Shown here: positions 7,420 to 13,995 of the stretch, in pieces
How positions within the stretch are numbered: position 1 is the stretch's first letter
How the letters are laid out: every line of letters begins with the position of its first letter
Virus record (IMG/VR): IMGVR_UViG_3300024249_000058
Location: 1-25,203 of that record
Origin: a virus
Lineage: Duplodnaviria; Caudoviricetes
Reading direction: 5' to 3' (one strand)
DNA: 25,203 nt
Translations under genes and position numbers: made by a program
The notes under the pieces: generated by a model
Database searches by the model: none
Seen by the model: the letters and a program-made list of their open reading frames with translations, nothing else
What the model was told of the DNA's origin: nothing

Positions 7420-8718
7420 ATGGACATGGAATGGGACGATCTACAACAACAAGCCATTGAGTCATGTTGTGATGTTAGCAAACGCATTGTCGCAGTGACA
7501 GGTAAGGCAGGCACAGGTAAGACTGTGTTGATACGAGAGGTTGCCCAGCGCCTAGAGAATGCAGGCTACACTGTGCAAGCCTGTGCTCCTACTGGTAAGG
7601 CATCGAAGCGCATCCAAGAAGCCACTGGTCTACATGCAATGACCAATCATCGTCTGCTTGGCTATGGGATGCCACGTGAGATAGAAGTAGATGATGACAA
7701 GACAGGCGACAAGAAGATCGTCTCAGTGTCCACTGGCCCACGACACAAGGTAGGCAATCCAATGCCCTACGACACCATCCTGTGTGATGAGTATGCGATG
7801 GTGAACCAAGAGATCAATCGCAATCTGATCGATGCATTACGTGCTGGTGCTCGCATCTGCATGTTCGGTGATGTCAATCAGTTGAAGCCAATTGAAGAGG
7901 ACCGTCGCCTTGACAGTCAGCCATCAGCCTTTGAGAACGCGCTCACGCGGTTCGGTGGGATCACTCTCAACACGATCCATAGGCATGACGCAGGCAGTGG
8001 CATTGCTTCAAATGCTGCACTCATCCTGCAAGGAAGGATGCCCCGTGTTACTGAAGACTTCAAGATCAGGCAGACTGACCAGCCTGTTCGTGCAGTGCAG
8101 GAGTTCATCAGCTTGTCAAGCGAAGCAGGACATAGCTATGCTGATACAGACCACCAGATCATCACCTGCATGAACAAGTCATGGATTGGCACACAGCGTC
8201 TGAACCTGATCATCCAGTCCATGTTCTGGCGTCGTGAACAGCCGTTCCTTGAGTTGCCACGCTATAATGTAGCAGGCAAAGAGCAGCCTCCCATACGCAT
8301 CCAAGTGGGCACTAAGGTAGTCTACACATCCAACTCGTATGACTTGGATGGACAGGGCACTGCATATGCATTCAATGGTGAGACAGGCATTGTGCAGAAC
8401 ATCGACTTCATGGAAGGCAGCGTAGAGATTGACTTCATGGATCGCACTGTGGTCATTCCTCCCATTATGATCGTCGTCAAAGACAATGGTGTGGTGAGTG
8501 AGCAAGACCCTAGGCGCAACATCGACTTGGCCTATGTGGTCACGACACACAAGATGCAGGGCAGTGAGGTCAAGCACGTGTGCTATGTGCTGAACAAGGC
8601 TACGCTGTGGGCACAGTCACGCCGTAACATGTATACTGCCATCACCAGGGCACGTGAGCATTGCACAGTGTTCTGTGACCCACACAGCTTAGCTAAGTCA
8701 ACTCGCTTTGCAGGATGA
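7420..8718 (+). CDS. RecD/Dda-like superfamily 1B DNA helicase
   Basis: GKAGTGKT, CAPTGKAS, CDEYAM, GDVNQLKPI, LNTIHR, AYVVTTHKMQGSE, MYTAITRAR; start revised from 7342 (upstream of the hairpin) to ATG 7420. Confidence 0.92.
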   Translation: MDMEWDDLQQQAIESCCDVSKRIVAVTGKAGTGKTVLIREVAQRLENAGYTVQACAPTGKASKRIQEATGLHAMTNHRLLGYGMPREIEVDDDKTGDKKIVSVSTGPRHKVGNPMPYDTILCDEYAMVNQEINRNLIDALRAGARICMFGDVNQLKPIEEDRRLDSQPSAFENALTRFGGITLNTIHRHDAGSGIASNAALILQGRMPRVTEDFKIRQTDQPVRAVQEFISLSSEAGHSYADTDHQIITCMNKSWIGTQRLNLIIQSMFWRREQPFLELPRYNVAGKEQPPIRIQVGTKVVYTSNSYDLDGQGTAYAFNGETGIVQNIDFMEGSVEIDFMDRTVVIPPIMIVVKDNGVVSEQDPRRNIDLAYVVTTHKMQGSEVKHVCYVLNKATLWAQSRRNMYTAITRAREHCTVFCDPHSLAKSTRFAG

Positions 8719-8719
8719 C

Positions 8720-8769
8720 ATACCGGCATCCCTCAGCCGGTATCGTTGCTAAGGCAACGACGTGAGGGA
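8720..8769 (+). ncRNA. Predicted three-stem H-type pseudoknot (cis-regulatory RNA candidate)
   Basis: P1 TACCGGC/GCCGGTA (8721-8727/8736-8742); loop TCCCTCA (8729-8735) complementary to TGAGGGA (8763-8769); inserted hairpin TCGTTGC-TAAG-GCAACGA (8743-8760); all pairs Watson-Crick. Confidence 0.55.
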
Positions 8770-8793
8770 CATGTTGCAACATGGAGTACTCCT

Positions 8794-9438
8794 ATGGGTA
8801 ACGTCACACGGGGTGCAGCACTCGCTGCATTGCTTGCCTTGCCAGCAATGGCACATGCCGATGTGATCCTGACGTTTGGCCAGTCAGCCAACACTCAGGC
8901 AATCACTGCCACTGAGAACGGTGCTCAGACTGCGACTACGCTGAGTGCTACTGATGTGGCAATCGGCATCACACAGATTGAGAACGGTGTGCCAACAGCA
9001 GCGTTCTTCGATCTGAGTGCAGCCAGTGATGGCAGTGCTGTGCCAATCCTTGGTGGCACTGCACAGAAGTTCAGTGGCTCGTTCAGCATCAACTCGCTGG
9101 CGAACAACACAGGCACTAACTTCCTGAGTGGCACGTTCACTGACGTGACATTCGGCACTGGCCCAGGTGGCGCACTGTCAGTTGGTGCTCCTCCTGACTC
9201 GCTCGCGTTCACGAGTGACGTGATCACTACACTGGCCTTGCCTGCTGCTATTGGGCTTGGCTTTGCTAATGTGTTGCCTGCCTTCGTTCAGGTTGGTGAT
9301 AGCATTGGCAGCTTCACAAGCAGTGTCAGTGGCACATTCAGTGCCAGTCCTGTGGCTGCTCCGGAGCCTGCATCCCTTGCCTTGCTTGGCATGGGCGTGC
9401 TTGGCATCGCAGCGATGAAGCGTCGTCGTTCTATCTAG
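8794..9438 (+). CDS. PEP-CTERM (exosortase-sorted) secreted surface protein
   Basis: Signal peptide MGNVTRGAALAALLALPAMAHA-D; Ser/Thr/Gly-rich beta domain; C-terminal APEPASLALLGMGVLGIAAMKRRRSI; RBS GGAG at 8783-8786. Confidence 0.92.
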   Translation: MGNVTRGAALAALLALPAMAHADVILTFGQSANTQAITATENGAQTATTLSATDVAIGITQIENGVPTAAFFDLSAASDGSAVPILGGTAQKFSGSFSINSLANNTGTNFLSGTFTDVTFGTGPGGALSVGAPPDSLAFTSDVITTLALPAAIGLGFANVLPAFVQVGDSIGSFTSSVSGTFSASPVAAPEPASLALLGMGVLGIAAMKRRRSI

Positions 9439-9448
9439 TCTAGTGGAA

Positions 9449-9470
9449 GGGGGATGGGCAACTGTCCCCC
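9449..9470 (+). terminator. GNRA-capped hairpin after PEP-CTERM gene
   Basis: GGGGGATGG-GCAA-CTGTCCCCC; extendable to 9440-9477; no U-tract. Confidence 0.5.
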
Positions 9471-9488
9471 AACCTAGGAGTGTAGCCT

Positions 9489-9737
9489 ATGACCAATAAT
9501 ACCAAGCGCCGGACCGTAGCTGAACGAGCTACAATTGATCCTCCCAACGAATACGCCAGTCATCCGTATCACTGGGCATATAATTGCCGCTCGCCCGGTG
9601 GCTTCTTAGTGTTTGAGACAAGAGACGGGAAGCTATGGCAAAGCCTTGGCCATACGCTCAACGCAGAAACTCTCTACGAGAGAGGCTGGCGCTATTTAGG
9701 TCCTGCCATTCCTCCGACTGTGGAGCCAAGTAAATGA
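9489..9737 (+). CDS. Hypothetical protein (82 aa)
   Basis: RBS AGGAG at 9476-9480; ATGA overlap with the polymerase gene; aromatic-rich with GWRYLGPA motif. Confidence 0.7.
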   Translation: MTNNTKRRTVAERATIDPPNEYASHPYHWAYNCRSPGGFLVFETRDGKLWQSLGHTLNAETLYERGWRYLGPAIPPTVEPSK

Positions 9738-12232
9738 TGATTGCGCCTGTTGCCAACATCAGAGAGATGAACAATGAACTTCATGCTGTCATTGGTGCTA
9801 GTGGCCTTGTGTTTGACTGTGGCTGCGCTGGCAATCTCAATAGCAGTATTGCAATCGTGGCTGAAGCGCCTGGAGACAGAGAGGTTGCGCTTAAACAACC
9901 GCTTATTGGCGGCTCAGGAAAGTATCTGTGGGATCGCCTCCGCACTGAGCGCATCACACGAAACGATGTCTACATCACCAACGTGTGTAAGCGCAAGCTG
10001 GTCTCCGCTGCCGACGGCCACGCTATCACAGATAAGCAAGGCAAGATCACACTCAACAAGCAAGAGCGAACTCAGTGGCGTCATATACTTTGGCAAGAAC
10101 TCAGTCGATTGCCCAATCTGCAATACGTTGTCGCGTTGGGAAGCCTCGCGCTACAAAGCTTGGTCGGATATGAAGCCATCACTCAAGCCAGAGGATCAGT
10201 GTTCCCCATCACGCTAGGCGATCGTAGAGTGCAGGTCTTGGCAACCTACAACCCTGCCCATGTGATGCGTGAGCCACGCATGGAGATCGTGTTCCGCTTT
10301 GACCTAGACAAGCTGGCACGCCTGCGTAGAGGGGAGTTCAGTGTTCCACGCATATCAACTCTCACCAATCCATCCTTCAGAGAAGCGATGGACTGCATAC
10401 GTTGGCTCCATACTGTTAAGGAGCCAATTGCCTATGACATTGAGACAATGGCTGGTGAGACAGCATGTGTTGGTTTCGCGCCATCGAATAGTGAAGCGAT
10501 ATGTATTAACTTCCGTTCGCAAGGACGGAACCACTTCACGCTTGGTGAGGAACGCATTGTCCGTCTCGCCATTCATGACCTACTGGACGATGCGCGGCTG
10601 CGTTTTATCACGCAGAACGGGCATTACGATGCGTCATGGCTTTGGTTCAAGGATCGCATACGTTGCCACGGCCACTACTTCGACACGATGCTTGCACACC
10701 ATACATTATACCCACCGCTGCCACATGATCTTGGCTTTATCACAGCCCAGTATACTGACCACCCCTACTATAAGGATGAAGGCCAGCTATGGAAGGAAGA
10801 GGGTGACATAGATGCCTTCTGGGACTACAATGGTAAGGACTGTTGCATCACACGCATAGCGTATGAGAAGATGGACATGGAGCTAGCCGAGACAGGACTG
10901 GCTTCGTTCTTCTACGACCACATCATGCGACTACAGCCCGAGCTTGTAGAGATGACCAGCAATGGAGTGCTTGCAGATGGAACAAGAAAAGACAGACTCA
11001 GTGTTGAGCTTGGAACAGAGCTTGCTGCTGCAAGAGAGCTATGCCAAGTCAAGGCTAGGGAATGCACTGGCGATCCAGCTTACGAACTTAATCCCAACAG
11101 TAATACTCAGCTTGCTAAACTCTTCTTTGATGACCTGCACTTGGTCGGACGAGGAAGTTCAACGGATAAAGAAAATCGTGATCGCATTCGAAAGCATCCA
11201 CGCACTGCGCCAAGAGTTAGAGACCTTGTGCAAGCCATTGATACCTACAAGGAGCAGGCCAAGTTCGTCAGCACCTACATCCGAGCCGAGCCAGACGGAG
11301 ACGATCGGTGGCGCTGCTCATGGAAGCAGACAGGCGTCTCTAGCGCACCCGGACGACTCTCGTCCGCTCAGACCAACTGGGGGACAGGGCTGAACTTCCA
11401 AAACATTCCTGTGAACGCCAAGGACATGTTCATCGCACCACCGGGCTGGGAGTTCTCCTATTACGACATGAGCCAGATCGAGGCCCGCATTGTTGCGTTC
11501 CTCGCTGGCATCCGCACATGGAAGGACCAGTTCGAACAAGCACGTTTGAACCCTGGCACATACGATGCCCATTGTGCTTTGGCCTCAAGTATGTTTAAGG
11601 TGCCCTATGAGCAAGTTCCTAGAAAGGACTGGGACACGGACGGCAGACCTACCATCCGGTATGTTGCCAAACGATGTCGCCACGGCCTCAACTACAGGAT
11701 GGCAGCAGACAAGCTCGCCACCGTCACAGGATTGCCATACGTCGAAGCTGAACAGGCTTATCGCCTCTACCACATGGCGAGTCCAGAGATCCAACTGTGG
11801 TGGGATGACGTTATTGATCTCGTGCGACGAACCGGACAAGTCACTACTTGTCTTGGACGACGATGGGTGCTGCTAGAGCGATTTGATCCTGTCGCTCTGG
11901 ACAGCATCGTTGCGTTCGAGCCTCAATCATTGAATGGTGATTGGACAAGCAGCATCATCTACAAGTGTCACTCAGACCCTGAATGGCCTTCGACTGCACG
12001 CATCATTATAAATGTCCATGACGCCAACATTGCCTTGAACCGCATCGAGGATGGGCCTATAGTGCGGGGGGTCATGCAGCGTCATGCAGAGAAGCCTATA
12101 TGGATCAACAGCATACAGAACAGGCTTCGTGGCATGGATGATCCAGAGCCGCTTATCATCCCGGCTGAGATGGGGGCATCACAGCCAGACGATGATGGCG
12201 TTCATCGATGGTCTACCATCAAGAAGATATAG
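9734..12232 (+). CDS. polA: Family A DNA polymerase with N-terminal family-4 UDG-like domain and 3'-5' exonuclease
   Basis: UDG-like AEAPG..E, IGGSG, YITNVCK, LG..A, TYNPA; Exo I YDIET, Exo II NGHYD, Exo III YNGKD; GRLSS, NFQNIP; motif A DMSQIEAR; motif B RYVAKRCRHGLNY; motif C VHD. Confidence 0.93.
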   Translation: MMIAPVANIREMNNELHAVIGASGLVFDCGCAGNLNSSIAIVAEAPGDREVALKQPLIGGSGKYLWDRLRTERITRNDVYITNVCKRKLVSAADGHAITDKQGKITLNKQERTQWRHILWQELSRLPNLQYVVALGSLALQSLVGYEAITQARGSVFPITLGDRRVQVLATYNPAHVMREPRMEIVFRFDLDKLARLRRGEFSVPRISTLTNPSFREAMDCIRWLHTVKEPIAYDIETMAGETACVGFAPSNSEAICINFRSQGRNHFTLGEERIVRLAIHDLLDDARLRFITQNGHYDASWLWFKDRIRCHGHYFDTMLAHHTLYPPLPHDLGFITAQYTDHPYYKDEGQLWKEEGDIDAFWDYNGKDCCITRIAYEKMDMELAETGLASFFYDHIMRLQPELVEMTSNGVLADGTRKDRLSVELGTELAAARELCQVKARECTGDPAYELNPNSNTQLAKLFFDDLHLVGRGSSTDKENRDRIRKHPRTAPRVRDLVQAIDTYKEQAKFVSTYIRAEPDGDDRWRCSWKQTGVSSAPGRLSSAQTNWGTGLNFQNIPVNAKDMFIAPPGWEFSYYDMSQIEARIVAFLAGIRTWKDQFEQARLNPGTYDAHCALASSMFKVPYEQVPRKDWDTDGRPTIRYVAKRCRHGLNYRMAADKLATVTGLPYVEAEQAYRLYHMASPEIQLWWDDVIDLVRRTGQVTTCLGRRWVLLERFDPVALDSIVAFEPQSLNGDWTSSIIYKCHSDPEWPSTARIIINVHDANIALNRIEDGPIVRGVMQRHAEKPIWINSIQNRLRGMDDPEPLIIPAEMGASQPDDDGVHRWSTIKKI

Positions 12233-12240
12233 GAGACAAC

Positions 12241-12744
12241 ATGCCATTTGTTCAAGGCTTCCTTCGTGTCCGATCTGGTGGTCATCCAGATCAAGGACTG
12301 CCTGGAGATCAGCCCGGTATCGACAACAGCCTGCCCGGTGATCAGCCGGGTATCGACCACGAACTGCCAATGCCACCCCCAGGTGTGTGGCCTCCTCCTG
12401 TGCCGTCACATCCTATTGTCATCGCACCACCCGGCACACCGCCCGGCACCATCTGGCCCAGTCCAGGCGTGCCTACTCATCCCATCGCACCCGGTGGACA
12501 GCCACCTGCACCAGACCAAGGACTGCCGCGCCCACCCGGCACACCGTCACATCCCATCGCTGGTCAGACCTACTGGATGCTGGTCTACACGCCAGGACAT
12601 GGATGGAAGTATGTCACAGTTGACCCGTCATTGAAGCCAGACCACAGCTTGCCTGGATCGCAACCACATCCTGATCAGGGCCTGCCAGGGTCATCGGGAC
12701 ATCCCGATCAAGGCTTGCCACCATCGGCACAACCCAAGCGGTAA
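12241..12744 (+). CDS. Proline-rich repeat protein (PDQGLP / HPI repeats)
   Basis: RBS AGGAGA at 12231-12236; seven D-x-x-LP units, three (S/T)HPI units; one aromatic core YWMLVYTPGHGWKYV. Confidence 0.85.
   Translation: MPFVQGFLRVRSGGHPDQGLPGDQPGIDNSLPGDQPGIDHELPMPPPGVWPPPVPSHPIVIAPPGTPPGTIWPSPGVPTHPIAPGGQPPAPDQGLPRPPGTPSHPIAGQTYWMLVYTPGHGWKYVTVDPSLKPDHSLPGSQPHPDQGLPGSSGHPDQGLPPSAQPKR
12298..12357 (+). repeat. Two 27-bp direct repeats, 33-bp period (LPGDQPGID x2)
   Basis: 12298-12324 vs 12331-12357 match at 24/27; all three differences are synonymous third positions. Confidence 0.85.
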
Positions 12745-12747
12745 CAC

Positions 12748-13995
12748 GTGATCCACTACAGTCGGCTTGTGCCTGCTAATAGCTTCATGGGACGATACAT
12801 GAAGTATATGCAGGCACAGGAGACTGCTGAGATATTCGACTTCTACTGTGGCCTGTGGGCACTCAGTGCGGTGTGTGGACGCAACACCTATGTGTTGCGT
12901 CCACGTGCTCCTGTCTACTTGAACATGTTCGTCATACTAGTTGGTGAGAGCGGTGTTGCTCGTAAGACTACGAGCGTCCGCATGGCAACGAACATAGCAC
13001 GTAGCGTTGTTGGCCTAGACAATTCAATAGGTGTATTGGATGGCAAGGTAACGCCTGAGCAAATGGTTGCCATGCTACAAGAACGCACGATGGAGTATGG
13101 TAGTGCTCAGCTATGCATATCTGTTCCAGAGCTTGCAGTCTTCTTGGGCACTGAGCGGTATCTTGCTCATATGCCTGCCTTACTCACTGACTTGTATGAT
13201 TGCCCTGATAGCTTTGAAGGAGGAGGCACTCTGGCTAGGGGCAAAGTGGTCTTTCGCAACGTATGGCTTTCTTTTCTATCCGCATCTACTCCTATCTGGC
13301 TACTGAAGGCAGTCAATCCCAATGTGATTGAAGGTGGCTTCACATCACGCTGTTACTTTGTCATCAGCAATGAGCCGAAGCAACGCATCCCCTGGCCACA
13401 AGATGTTGATGCAGACATGTATCAGGACTTGTGTGATGATGTGAAGATCGTTGCAGCAGAAGCAGCATCACGTGGTCCTATCGAAGTTGATCCAACAGGC
13501 ATTAAGGTATTCTCTGAGTGGTATCGCAATAAGGGACGTGCGATAGACGCATTCAAGCAATCATTCGAGGCCAGAGAAGACGCACATGTGTTGCGTGTTG
13601 CAGCACTACTGGCCATCAATGATGGCTCATGGATCATCAAACGTTCGCATGTCAATGTAGCCATACGACTCATGTCCGAGATGAAGGACAAGAGCAGTGG
13701 CATCTTTGCCTCGACTGAGGCGAGAACAAAGTTCGCACATGCGCTTGATGCCATCAGGGCTGCGCTCATGTCCTATGGCATGGACCCTGTGCCGCGACAC
13801 AAACTGTATCTGAAGGCCCGCTCACACATAACAAATGAGGAGTTCCTGACGCTCCTTGAAGTGATGCATGAGATCGGTGCGATCCAGCGGTTCTCGATTG
13901 CCGGTGAACGTGGCAGACCTGCTGACTGGATCAGAGGAACAGATGTTCTCTTGGCCAAGGGCCTGGGCGAGACCGTTCTGGATCGGTTCTCCTAG
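12748..13995 (+). CDS. DUF3987-like P-loop ATPase (putative replicative helicase) with possible C-terminal winged helix
   Basis: YLNMFVILVGESGVARKTTS, PELAVFLG, LTDLYD, LSASTP.WL, IEGGFTSRC motifs. Confidence 0.72.
   Translation: MIHYSRLVPANSFMGRYMKYMQAQETAEIFDFYCGLWALSAVCGRNTYVLRPRAPVYLNMFVILVGESGVARKTTSVRMATNIARSVVGLDNSIGVLDGKVTPEQMVAMLQERTMEYGSAQLCISVPELAVFLGTERYLAHMPALLTDLYDCPDSFEGGGTLARGKVVFRNVWLSFLSASTPIWLLKAVNPNVIEGGFTSRCYFVISNEPKQRIPWPQDVDADMYQDLCDDVKIVAAEAASRGPIEVDPTGIKVFSEWYRNKGRAIDAFKQSFEAREDAHVLRVAALLAINDGSWIIKRSHVNVAIRLMSEMKDKSSGIFASTEARTKFAHALDAIRAALMSYGMDPVPRHKLYLKARSHITNEEFLTLLEVMHEIGAIQRFSIAGERGRPADWIRGTDVLLAKGLGETVLDRFS

Noticed and set aside
8716-8760. Selenocysteine UGA with SECIS
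   Set aside because: The UGA falls at the natural helicase C-terminus after motif VI, with no redox motif, and the downstream gene has its own RBS and signal peptide.
8720-8770. HDV-like (theta) ribozyme
   Set aside because: The P1, P2 and P4-like order and some sequence resemble HDV, but there is no P3/L3 or P1.1, so the catalytic core is missing.
9734-12232. DpoZ / 2-aminoadenine or other defined modified-base genome
   Set aside because: No purZ, dATPase, dUMP hydroxymethylase or other modification gene is seen in the window; cannot be claimed from the polymerase alone.
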